A DNA stretch of 64,000 nt from Eubacteriales bacterium (GTDB lineage: Bacteria > Bacillota > Clostridia > Oscillospirales > CAG-272), in contig JAZREL010000014.1 in NCBI GenBank assembly GCA_045660785.1, positions 4,849-68,848 of the forward strand. Direction: 5' to 3'. The position numbers were made by a program, and so were the translations under genes. The notes under the pieces are model-generated. The model saw nothing but the letters and a program-made list of their open reading frames with translations, did not search any database and was not told the origin of the DNA. This document shows positions 1-8,291 of this stretch, piece by piece. Each line of letters begins with the position of its first letter. Position 1 is the first letter of the stretch.

Positions 1-534
1 GATTCTTTCACGCATAGCTTGAATTACATCTCCTGACGGAATTGTAATCGCGCTTATTGATTCAGCCGCTGCGCCCGACACGCTAATTAACGCATCGTAC
101 ATCTTTTTTTGGTCGTTATCGTAGAGATAAAATTCACTGTGGTTTGAGTCTATTTCGTATGCCCAGGTGCGTTGGAAATAGAGCTTTGCGTTTGGCTGGT
201 GCTTGCGCACGTAGCTTGCAAGGTTTTCAAGGTATGGCTGATAGGTGTCTGCCTTGCCTGAAAAATGGCTAACCTGCTGAAGTGTTACCACATCAAACTC
301 ATCACTCTTTATTGTGTCCTCCAAGGTTACGCAATTATCTGACCACTCTGTGCCGTTTATGCAAAGACCGTAGTCCCTGATGTTTCCCACCACGTTGTTC
401 CAATGTCTTTCGAGTGAGCAACCGCCTATTACCAAATTGACAGTTGATAGATCCTTGCCATATTCCTTTGCAAGTGTATGTAAAAATGCGTGTGCATCGT
501 CTGAAAAGCTGTTGCCTATTGATAAAATTTTCAT
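1..534 (-). CDS. SGNH/GDSL-like hydrolase (DUF4886-like), N-terminal part; runs off left edge
   Basis: Open-ended, so absent from the ORF track. The reverse strand from ATG at 534 reads MKILSIGNSFSDDAHAFLHTLAKEYGKDLSTVNLVIGGCSLERHW...QRTWAYE... with no stop to position 1. A GAGGGAG SD lies just upstream. The GNSFS block is like SGNH block I. Confidence 0.6.
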   Translation of the reverse strand, partial: MKILSIGNSFSDDAHAFLHTLAKEYGKDLSTVNLVIGGCSLERHWNNVVGNIRDYGLCINGTEWSDNCVTLEDTIKSDEFDVVTLQQVSHFSGKADTYQPYLENLASYVRKHQPNAKLYFQRTWAYEIDSNHSEFYLYDNDQKKMYDALISVSGAAAESISAITIPSGDVIQAMRERI

Positions 535-675
535 AACATTCTCCCTCGAAGTGATTTTTATTCAGTTTACCACGTTTTTTATGATTTTGCAAGGCAAGGA
601 GCGCAATTTTTGTTGAAAACTAAATTTGAGCGTGATATAATTAAGCTATAATCAAAATCAAATAGGAGTCCTCTA

Positions 676-1281
676 ATGAAAAACGTGTTTTTAATAGGCG
701 ATTCAATTAGGTTCGGCGCAACAGCCAATCCCGATTACCAAACGGAGAACAGCCCCGGCTACGGCATTTACGTCAAGGAAATGCTTAAGGACAAGGCGGT
801 TGTTTACGCGCCCGATGACAACTGCCGCTTTGTGCAGTACACCCTGCGCTACCTTTACGATTGGACAATGGGGATTGAGTGCGAAAAAATAGACGTAGTG
901 CATTGGAACAACGGCCTTTGGGACGTCCTGCGAATTAACGGGGACGAGCCACTAACGCCCATTGACGTATATGAACTAATGCTTGCGCGCGTTTATGATG
1001 CTCTAAAGAAGCTATTCCCTAATGCGAAAATCATTTTCGCCCTCTCTACCTCGGTTATTGAAAGCTGGGCAAGACCTGATTTTATGCGATACAACTCGGA
1101 AATTGAAAAATACAACGCAGCGGCAAGGGCGGTGCTTACAAAAAAGGGCGCTATTATAAACGATTTATACGCTGTCAGCTTGTCACTTGGCGAAAAATAC
1201 CACGCCGACTGGGTTCACTTTAATGACGAGGGCTCAAAAATACTTGCCGATGCGGTTGCCAAAAAAATACTTTCAATATAA
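676..1281 (+). CDS. SGNH/GDSL hydrolase-type esterase
   Basis: 201 aa. N-terminal FLIGDSIRFG (GDS block I) and C-terminal DWVHFN (DxxH block V). AGGAG SD precedes the ATG. Confidence 0.75.
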   Translation: MKNVFLIGDSIRFGATANPDYQTENSPGYGIYVKEMLKDKAVVYAPDDNCRFVQYTLRYLYDWTMGIECEKIDVVHWNNGLWDVLRINGDEPLTPIDVYELMLARVYDALKKLFPNAKIIFALSTSVIESWARPDFMRYNSEIEKYNAAARAVLTKKGAIINDLYAVSLSLGEKYHADWVHFNDEGSKILADAVAKKILSI

Positions 1282-1285
1282 TTAG

Positions 1286-1311
1286 AAAAGACACCGAGAG
1301 GTGTCTTTTTT
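1286..1311. terminator. Bidirectional rho-independent terminator
   Basis: AAAAGACACC-GAGA-GGTGTCTTTTTT hairpin with an A-run and a T-run, between convergent genes. Confidence 0.7.
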
Positions 1312-1314
1312 AGT

Positions 1315-2553
1315 TCAAGTATAATAAAATTTTTTCAAAAGCACAGAGTTGTACTTTTTTATTTCTTCTAGCATCTCGGAGTTAATCAACGCATCTTTGG
1401 TTAAATCCACTATTATATATGAGTCTTCAAAATCCAAAAATATAACGTTTATATCGTCGCACTTGTGCTTCATTATAACGTTATTCTTTCCACCCGTTGT
1501 AAATTCCAAATGCTTTTCGTTTTTTAGATATACAAGATTTCTGAAATCATCTATTGTTGCGGCGTCGCTTTTGTTTTGTGCCTTAGAAAACGGAACAATG
1601 TGGTGCAGCTGGTACCCTTCCGTTTTTTTGATTAAATGATGCTTAAAGTAATCGCTTTTTGCTTTTTCACCTCTTTTTGCTTTATCATCAAACAAGCCGT
1701 AATTTCCTGTATTAAGTATCAATTTGTTATTTTCCACCTTGAAATACGTGGAATTCGCCAAAAGACCAAAAATTTGTTGACTTTCATTTTTCCAATTACT
1801 ATAATCTCTTAACAACGTTTTATTGTTAATATGCTTTCTATTTTGTGGATTACAAAACGCCTTTAACAAAGAATCAACCCGAGCTTTTTCAAATGATGAC
1901 AGCCTTCTATATTCTATCAACAAGTCCAATTTGTCATTAAGATATATTCCGTCTCTATCGTCCGATAATATATACATATATTCCAAAATGTCAATGCTAT
2001 CTATTTCGTAGTCATTCAAATACAAAATTTCAACAAGCTCCGAGGCTGTATTTTTCGTCAAGACATCTATTCCATCAGTAAAAAGCTTTATTCTTTCAAA
2101 TGCACCTACTTCTGCATATTTCAGTCCAAGCTCGGACAGCGCAACGGAGCAAACAGACCCTCTGCCTTGATTTTCAAAAATTTTTTCTCCCTTTTTATCA
2201 AATCTGTTCAAAAAACCCATTCTTGCTATGTCAGGAAACGTGTTTTTCTTTATAGAGTTTATTGTTCCCTTTGATGTTTTTCTGTTAACCTCATCAACAA
2301 TTTGATAATATGTATGTGCTTGCGGTTGCAACGTTCCGTTGTCATCACCAATATGAATTTCGAATTTAGACCCTCCCGCAATATTATATATTGTCAAAAT
2401 CAAGCTACTGAAAAATTCATACGTTAGTCTATTATGCTGTGAGCATTGAAATCCTCTATAATCGCTAGAGCTTACTCTATCAATAATATAGCTAATGAAT
2501 CTATTCTTTGGAGCAACATCCCTAAGCTCTTGTAAATATTTATAGTCGTCCAA
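1315..2553 (-). CDS. Restriction endonuclease candidate with C-terminal HNH-like motif (R subunit of the adjacent two-methylase system)
   Basis: 412 aa, last gene of an overlapping M-M-R operon. TTG start with GGAGGA SD inside the upstream gene. The C-terminal segment QLHHIVPFSKAQNKSDAATIDDFRNLVYLKNEKHLEF fits an H-N-H spacing. No other recognisable domain. Very AT-rich. Confidence 0.55.
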   Translation of the reverse strand: MDDYKYLQELRDVAPKNRFISYIIDRVSSSDYRGFQCSQHNRLTYEFFSSLILTIYNIAGGSKFEIHIGDDNGTLQPQAHTYYQIVDEVNRKTSKGTINSIKKNTFPDIARMGFLNRFDKKGEKIFENQGRGSVCSVALSELGLKYAEVGAFERIKLFTDGIDVLTKNTASELVEILYLNDYEIDSIDILEYMYILSDDRDGIYLNDKLDLLIEYRRLSSFEKARVDSLLKAFCNPQNRKHINNKTLLRDYSNWKNESQQIFGLLANSTYFKVENNKLILNTGNYGLFDDKAKRGEKAKSDYFKHHLIKKTEGYQLHHIVPFSKAQNKSDAATIDDFRNLVYLKNEKHLEFTTGGKNNVIMKHKCDDINVIFLDFEDSYIIVDLTKDALINSEMLEEIKKYNSVLLKKFYYT

Positions 2554-3328
2554 TTTCTATTCCTCCGCTTTCTATGACCTCTAAGTATTTTTCGTTCAAC
2601 TCACATCCGACAAAATTTCTTTTTTGCCCTTTAGCAACAACACTCGTCATTCCCGAGCCGCTAAACAAATCCAAAACGATTGAGTTTTCATTACTGCTCG
2701 CCTTTACGATTCTTTCTATCATCTCATATGGCTTAACCGTTGGGTGCTTTAGCGCCCTAACCTTCCCATTCACCTTTTCCTTATGCCTTTGAGATGTTAT
2801 TTCCCAAACGTCATTACACAACTTTCCGTTTTCATTTGGAAACCAACGCTTTCCATTTTTGAGTATGCCTTTTTTTGCGGCGTGCGCCATTCTTTGCTTA
2901 GACTCATACGGTATTCTTATATCATCTGAATTGAATACATATTCATTTGTTTTGGTAAAAAACAGTATTGTTTCCTGAGCATTTACATACTTTCTTTTCG
3001 TGCTACTAAACCCATCTTTTTTATACCATGTTATCCAATTTCTATATTTGAGATCCTTGCTTCTCAAATAATTCAAAATTATCGCCGAATTGTATGCGGT
3101 GTTAAATACGTAAAGCGACGCATTGTTTTTCAGTTTTGGTATTACCTTATCAATCCAACCAAAGGTAAATTCAAAATATTTTTCCTCGCTCTCAAATGAA
3201 TCCCACTCACCCTTTTTTAGGTTGTATGGAGGATCTATTATCGCCAAATCGATACTTTCGTTTTCTAATTTATCTAAGAATTCAAAAACGTCAGCGTGGT
3301 AAACCTTATTAATTATCAAGTAGCTCAC
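2540..3328 (-). CDS. DNA methyltransferase, beta-class N6A/N4C family (DPPY motif)
   Basis: 262 aa. Motif IV IIDPPYNL near the N-terminus and motif I FSGSGMT near the C-terminus (beta permutation, ParB-less N6_N4_Mtase type). Overlaps the R gene by 14 nt. Start is GTG at 3328, or TTG 9 nt downstream. Confidence 0.85.
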   Translation of the reverse strand: MSYLIINKVYHADVFEFLDKLENESIDLAIIDPPYNLKKGEWDSFESEEKYFEFTFGWIDKVIPKLKNNASLYVFNTAYNSAIILNYLRSKDLKYRNWITWYKKDGFSSTKRKYVNAQETILFFTKTNEYVFNSDDIRIPYESKQRMAHAAKKGILKNGKRWFPNENGKLCNDVWEITSQRHKEKVNGKVRALKHPTVKPYEMIERIVKASSNENSIVLDLFSGSGMTSVVAKGQKRNFVGCELNEKYLEVIESGGIEIGRL

Positions 3329-4154
3329 CCCTCACTACCGTTTCAAGCTTTTCCTCTATTAACGGTCTGTAATTTTCATAAAGCTCATAGCCTATATAAT
3401 TTCTGTCGAGTTGTTTTGCAACCCTTAATGTTGTTCCACTTCCCGCAAACGGATCCAAAACCACATCGCCTACACAGCTGAACATTTTTATGCAACGGTA
3501 TGGAATTTCCTCCGGCATAATTGCCGAATGCTTGCCAAAGCCTAAATCCTTTTTATTTGGAATGGGTATATCCCAAATCTGCTTTGTAAACGTCAGCCAT
3601 TCCTCTTGCGTTAGTGCGCTTTTCTCTTTTTTCTTTTGAGCGGTATATTTCGGTTTTCCGTCCTTGACATAAACCGTTATAAATTCCGTTGTGTTTTGCG
3701 CATAAAAATTCCTCGGGAACGGATAACTTCCGAACATTAATTTTTTTGTTGAATTCGTTCTGTTCCAAATATACAGATCCAAAAGATACAGCTTTGTTTC
3801 TTTAAGAATAGACGCCTGAATACTACTTTGAATATCGAATATATCCCTATTATAATGGGTGCAGTAGTTTTTCTTTATCATTGGTAACAATGGAACATTT
3901 ATGCACAGCTTTCCGTTTGGCACAAGTACTCTTTCACACTCCTTCCAAACAGCGAGCAAAGCCCTAATATATTCATCGAAGGTTTCATACGCTCCAAGAT
4001 CGGATTCATTCGATAGCGAGTGCTTTTTTTCTTGATAGCCGTCCTTGGAATAATCCTTTATATTAAAATACGGTGGTGATGTTATTATTAAATCAACTGA
4101 TTCGTTTGGAATCTCAGCCATTTTTTCACACGATTTATAATAGACGCAGTTCAT
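3309..4154 (-). CDS. DNA methyltransferase, beta-class N4C/N6A family (SPPY motif)
   Basis: 281 aa. Motif IV ITSPPYFN and motif I DPFAGSGTT. Overlaps the downstream methylase by 20 nt. First gene of the operon. Confidence 0.85.
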   Translation of the reverse strand: MNCVYYKSCEKMAEIPNESVDLIITSPPYFNIKDYSKDGYQEKKHSLSNESDLGAYETFDEYIRALLAVWKECERVLVPNGKLCINVPLLPMIKKNYCTHYNRDIFDIQSSIQASILKETKLYLLDLYIWNRTNSTKKLMFGSYPFPRNFYAQNTTEFITVYVKDGKPKYTAQKKKEKSALTQEEWLTFTKQIWDIPIPNKKDLGFGKHSAIMPEEIPYRCIKMFSCVGDVVLDPFAGSGTTLRVAKQLDRNYIGYELYENYRPLIEEKLETVVRGELLDN

Positions 4155-4197
4155 TCTCTATCATCTGCCTTTTCATTTAGACTTTTTTATCATTATA

Positions 4198-4253
4198 ACG
4201 CAAATGCGTTGTATTGTCAACTCGTTTGCGTTTTATATTCTACGCATTTGCGT
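4198..4253. promoter_or_regulatory. Three operator-like boxes at exact 22-bp spacing (candidate C-boxes)
   Basis: ACGCAAATGCGT (4198), ACTCGTTTGCGT (4220) and ACGCATTTGCGT (4242). Boxes 1 and 3 are reverse complements of each other, and each is a 5-bp inverted repeat ACGCA-nn-TGCGT. They lie between the divergent methylase operon and the HTH gene, abutting a TATAAT at 4256. Confidence 0.45.
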
Positions 4254-4291
4254 ATTATAATAATATCAAAGAGTTAGAAAGGGGGATAAAT

Positions 4292-4591
4292 ATGAATATC
4301 AATAAAAAAATAATTGATTTGTGCAACGAGCGAGGATGGTCACTTTACGAATTGTCCTTGCGTTCGGGCATCACTCAATCCTCGCTAAATTCGATGATGA
4401 AAAGAGGAAATCCTCCTAAAATTGAAAATTTACACTGCATTTGCGATGCATTTGGAATTACACTCTCGCAATTTTTTCTCGAAGACGAAAAGCTTGAAAT
4501 ATTGAGCGCCAATGAAAAAAAGCTTGTTTCATTATTTAGAAAATTACCTGCTAAAAAGCAAAGCGCTTTGATTGATTTGATAGATAGGTAA
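4292..4591 (+). CDS. XRE-family helix-turn-helix protein, candidate R-M controller (C protein)
   Basis: 99 aa from the ATG with GAAAGGGGG SD (the track ORF starts 26 codons earlier). HTH region WSLYELSLRSGITQSSLNSMMKRGN. Divergent from the R-M operon. Confidence 0.65.
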   Translation: MNINKKIIDLCNERGWSLYELSLRSGITQSSLNSMMKRGNPPKIENLHCICDAFGITLSQFFLEDEKLEILSANEKKLVSLFRKLPAKKQSALIDLIDR

Positions 4592-4596
4592 AACAA

Positions 4597-4630
4597 AAGG
4601 GCACTACATAGCGCCCTTTAATTATTTTTA
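4597..4630 (+). terminator. Rho-independent terminator
   Basis: AAGGGC-actacatagc-GCCCTT stem followed by a T-rich tract. Confidence 0.55.
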
Positions 4631-4649
4631 GCTTAGATTAAAACGGTAA

Positions 4650-4678
4650 TTGACATTTATTTTCGATAGTAGTATACT
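4650..4678 (+). promoter_or_regulatory. Sigma-A type promoter for upp
   Basis: TTGACA, 17 nt, TATACT, about 35 nt upstream of the upp start. Confidence 0.6.
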
Positions 4679-4713
4679 AAATACGATAAAGCTTAAATCA
4701 AGGGAGACTCACA

Positions 4714-5355
4714 ATGAAGGATTACAAAAACGTAGTTATTTTTAACCATCCGCTCATAAGACATAAAATTGCAATTTTGCGCGACGAGAAAACAAGCATG
4801 AAGGAGTTTCGTGAGCTTGTTGAGGAAATCACCACGCTTATGACGTACGAAAGCTTAAAGGACGGCGTGCCTACCACTGAAATCGAGGTAAAAACTCCGC
4901 TTGAGGTATGCAAGCAAACGGTTGTTTCGGACAATTCGATAGCTATCGTGCCTATTTTGCGCGCAGGACTCGGTATGGTAAACGGCGTTCACGTCCTTTT
5001 CCCATCCGCAAGGGTTGGCCACATTGGAATGTGCAGAAACGAAGAAACCCTAAAGCCCGACACTTATTACTGCAAGCTCCCTGACGGAATTGAAAACAAG
5101 CTTGTTTTGGTTGTTGACCCTATGCTTGCAACGGGCGGCAGCGCATGTGATGCAATTCAGCTTTTGAAGGACCGCGGCTGCAAGCATATTAAATTTATGT
5201 CAATTATCGGCGCACCCGAGGGCGTTTCTCGCGTTGCAGAGGCGCACCCAGACGTTACCGTCTACGTGTCAACTCTTGACAGATGCCTGAACGAAAACGG
5301 CTACATCCTCCCCGGCCTTGGCGACGCGGGCGACCGCCTTTTCGGAACTAAATAA
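4714..5355 (+). CDS. upp: Uracil phosphoribosyltransferase
   Basis: 213 aa. N-terminal HPLIRHKIAILRDEKT, PRPP-binding loop LVVDPMLATGGS and C-terminal YILPGLGDAGDRLFGT. Confidence 0.95.
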   Translation: MKDYKNVVIFNHPLIRHKIAILRDEKTSMKEFRELVEEITTLMTYESLKDGVPTTEIEVKTPLEVCKQTVVSDNSIAIVPILRAGLGMVNGVHVLFPSARVGHIGMCRNEETLKPDTYYCKLPDGIENKLVLVVDPMLATGGSACDAIQLLKDRGCKHIKFMSIIGAPEGVSRVAEAHPDVTVYVSTLDRCLNENGYILPGLGDAGDRLFGTK

Positions 5356-5362
5356 TTAAATG

Positions 5363-5392
5363 AAAAAGGACGAGTCAAGCTCGTCCTTTTTT
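5363..5392 (+). terminator. Rho-independent terminator
   Basis: AGGACGAG-tcaag-CTCGTCCT followed by TTTTT. Confidence 0.8.
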
Positions 5393-5428
5393 CAGGGGAT
5401 TCTGTGCCATTGCAAGATTCCCGTTTTC

Positions 5429-6511
5429 TTATTTTTTGTCAAACTTCTCTAAGCTATCCCAGACGCCGAGCATATACATAATGCCAAGGGCGCGGTCGTA
5501 GAGGCCGTAGCCTGGGCGCACGCTTCCGGGGCCCTCTCCCCAAAGGTGTCTGCCGTGGTCGGGGCGGATGTAGCCCTTGAAGCCGCAGTCGTGGTACGCC
5601 TTCAAAATTTCCAAAATTCCTGTGTCGCCGTCACAGTCGCGGTGGCTTGCCTCGGAGAAATCTCTGTTTTCAAAGTGCTTTACGTTTCTGATATGTGCAA
5701 ACGCAATTCTGTCACAGTGCTTTCTTACAATATCGGCAACGTTGGTGTTTGGATTTGCATTCAAGCTACCCGAGCAAAGCGTGAGGCAGTTATATTCGTC
5801 GTCAACCATTTTAAGGAAGCGGTCAATGCTTGGCTCGTCAATAAGCAATCTTGGCAGACCGAAAATATCCCACGGTGGGTCATCCATATGAATTGCCATT
5901 TTAATATCGCACTCGCGGCAGGTTGGCATAATAGCTTCGAGGAAGTATTTTAGGTTTGCCCACAATTTTTCGTGGTCAACGCCCTCGTATGCCTTAAAAA
6001 GCTCGTCAAGGCGTGCCATACGCTCGGGCTCCCAACCCGGGAATGACATATTGTATTTCTCGGTAAAGTCGAGAATATATTTTGCCATAGCGTTATAGTC
6101 GTCTTGTATCATATTCTTTTCATAGAAAAGCGCGATTGAGCCATCCCCCACAGGATGGAAAAGATTGCTTCTTGTCCAGTCGAAGATAGGCATAAAGTTA
6201 TAGCAAATTACCTTAACACCGAATTTTGAAAGGTTTCTTATCGTGGTTTTATAGTTTTCAATGTATAAATCACGTGTTGGCAAGCCAATTTTAATATCGT
6301 CGTGCACGTTTACCGACTCAACAACGTCCATATTAAAGCCGTACTCGTCGAGCTGACGCTTAACCTCGGCAATTTCGTCTTGCTCCCATACCTCGCCGGG
6401 CATTTTGTGGTGAAGCGCCCAAACAATGCCGTCAACGCCGGGAATTTGCTTTATATCTGACAAGCTGATACGGTCATTTCCCTCACCGTACCATCTAAAG
6501 GTCATTTTCAT
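5429..6511 (-). CDS. uxuA: Mannonate dehydratase
   Basis: 360 aa. MKMTFRWYGEGNDRISLSDIKQIPG start and length are typical of UxuA. Confidence 0.9.
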   Translation of the reverse strand: MKMTFRWYGEGNDRISLSDIKQIPGVDGIVWALHHKMPGEVWEQDEIAEVKRQLDEYGFNMDVVESVNVHDDIKIGLPTRDLYIENYKTTIRNLSKFGVKVICYNFMPIFDWTRSNLFHPVGDGSIALFYEKNMIQDDYNAMAKYILDFTEKYNMSFPGWEPERMARLDELFKAYEGVDHEKLWANLKYFLEAIMPTCRECDIKMAIHMDDPPWDIFGLPRLLIDEPSIDRFLKMVDDEYNCLTLCSGSLNANPNTNVADIVRKHCDRIAFAHIRNVKHFENRDFSEASHRDCDGDTGILEILKAYHDCGFKGYIRPDHGRHLWGEGPGSVRPGYGLYDRALGIMYMLGVWDSLEKFDKK

Positions 6512-6692
6512 AAAATTTCCTCCATTTCAATTTTTCCTTCATTAGTATATCATATCTTAGGAAAAATTTCAACATTTGACAAAATACTTGACGAATAATT
6601 ATAAAAAAGAATAAAAAATACTACAAAAACGATTTAAAAAATTGTATAATATACTTAGCGATACGCTTTTATTAAATAAAAGGAGATTAAAA

Positions 6693-8264
6693 ATGAAAAA
6701 ACAACCAAAGCTTGACTCCTCCGGTTTTCGCAAATTCGGTATGCGCGACAAAATCGCATATGCGGCGGGCGACCTTGGCTGTAACATGAGCTTCTCACTC
6801 AAAAGCACGGTACAAACCTTCTGGCTTGTATTTATGATGATGGAAACAGGCCTGCTTTCAGCTCTTTTGATTCTCGTGCAAATTTGGGATGCAGTCAACG
6901 ACCCACTCATCGGCTCACTAATCGATGCCGACCACAGAAAATACAAGCACGGAAAATTCAAATCCTATATTTTCATAGGTGCTTGCGGCTTGCTTCTCGG
7001 CGGCGCGGCAGTTTTCCTCCCCTTCCCCGGCGCTCCAAAGCTTCTTAAGGCGGCTCTATTCATAGTTGGCTACGTTATTTGGCATGCATTCTACACAATT
7101 GCAAACGTGCCGTACGGCTCTATGCTTTCACTCGTTACAAAGGACGACGGTGAGCGCGCACAGCTCTCCACCTGGCGTTCAGTCGGCTCTATGATAGGAA
7201 ATATGCTTCCTATGATGATTCTCCCTGCTCTTATTTGGAGAAAGGTTACCGCGGGCGAATTTGCAGGACTTGTAGCCGAAAACAAAATCATCATCCCCGA
7301 GGGCTACTCACCCGACCAATTCCCGATAGACGAGGACGGCTTCGTTCTCAACCCGACAACGGGCGAAACGGTTGAGCTTTTGCTCGGCAACAGAGTTTTC
7401 TGGGTTGCTCTTATTATGGGCGTTCTCGGCTTCCTTTCATTTATGCTTATGCTAAAGCTTATCACCGTGCGCGTTGACGAAAACACAGTTAAGGCAAACG
7501 AGGGCGGCGGTGTTAAATTCAACATCTTCAAGGCGTTTGGCAAGTTTATGAGAAACCGCCCCGCAGTTGGCGCAACGGTTGCCGCTATGGGTATGTTCCT
7601 CGGTATGCAATCGGCAACAACGGCAAACACAATTATGTTTGCAACGCACTTTGGTATGGCTTCCCTTTCAGGTGTTGTACAAATTATCGGCTTCCTTCCG
7701 ATGTTTGCATTTATGCCATTCATCACTAAGATAGTAAAGAAATTCGGCAAAAAGGAATCAAGCGTTGTCGGCACTCTCGTTTCACTCGGCGGTGGCTTCA
7801 TTATGCTTATTTTCCCACTTATTCCACACAAAATCGCATCCTTGGTGGTTTACCTCATCGGACTTGTTTTCTTTGGCTTCGGTCTTGGCATTTACACCTG
7901 CGTTTCATGGGCGCTTATGGGTGACGCCATCGACTACAACGAATGGAAATTCGGCACTCGCGAGGAGGGCATGGTATATTCACTCCACTCCTTCTTCCGT
8001 AAGCTTGCACAGGGCGTTGGCCCATCCTTCGTGCTTTTGGTTATGGGTTGGCTCGGCTATGATTCAAAGCTTGGCACAATTCTTCAAACGGAGCAAACGG
8101 CAAAGAATATGTGTTGGCTCGTTGCAGGTCTTTACCTCTTTAGCGCGATTTTGCAATTTGTCGGTCTTGCGTTTATCTACAACCTCGACAAAAAGACGCT
8201 TTCCAAGATGACAAGCGAGCTAAATGCACGAAAAGCAGACACATCCCCCGAGATTTCAGAGTAA
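6693..8264 (+). CDS. Glycoside-pentoside-hexuronide (GPH):cation symporter
   Basis: Start moved to the ATG after AGGAG (17 codons into the track ORF). Has the GPH signature DAVNDPLIGSLID and about 12 hydrophobic segments. Confidence 0.85.
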   Translation: MKKQPKLDSSGFRKFGMRDKIAYAAGDLGCNMSFSLKSTVQTFWLVFMMMETGLLSALLILVQIWDAVNDPLIGSLIDADHRKYKHGKFKSYIFIGACGLLLGGAAVFLPFPGAPKLLKAALFIVGYVIWHAFYTIANVPYGSMLSLVTKDDGERAQLSTWRSVGSMIGNMLPMMILPALIWRKVTAGEFAGLVAENKIIIPEGYSPDQFPIDEDGFVLNPTTGETVELLLGNRVFWVALIMGVLGFLSFMLMLKLITVRVDENTVKANEGGGVKFNIFKAFGKFMRNRPAVGATVAAMGMFLGMQSATTANTIMFATHFGMASLSGVVQIIGFLPMFAFMPFITKIVKKFGKKESSVVGTLVSLGGGFIMLIFPLIPHKIASLVVYLIGLVFFGFGLGIYTCVSWALMGDAIDYNEWKFGTREEGMVYSLHSFFRKLAQGVGPSFVLLVMGWLGYDSKLGTILQTEQTAKNMCWLVAGLYLFSAILQFVGLAFIYNLDKKTLSKMTSELNARKADTSPEISE

Positions 8265-8291
8265 TTCGGGCGAAAACTAAGGAGAAAACAA

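Noticed and set aside
335-616. Track ORFs 335..592 (-) and 380..616 (+).
   Set aside because: Both are out-of-frame or antisense shadows of the open-ended hydrolase gene that starts at 534 on the minus strand. That frame has an SD and a recognisable SGNH block.
7304-7831. Long antisense ORFs, for example 7304..7831, 24655..25326, 46543..47067, 18876..19301 and 61048..61470.
   Set aside because: All lie opposite well-supported conserved genes, lack an SD and have low-complexity or Arg/Ser/Pro-rich composition typical of shadow frames.
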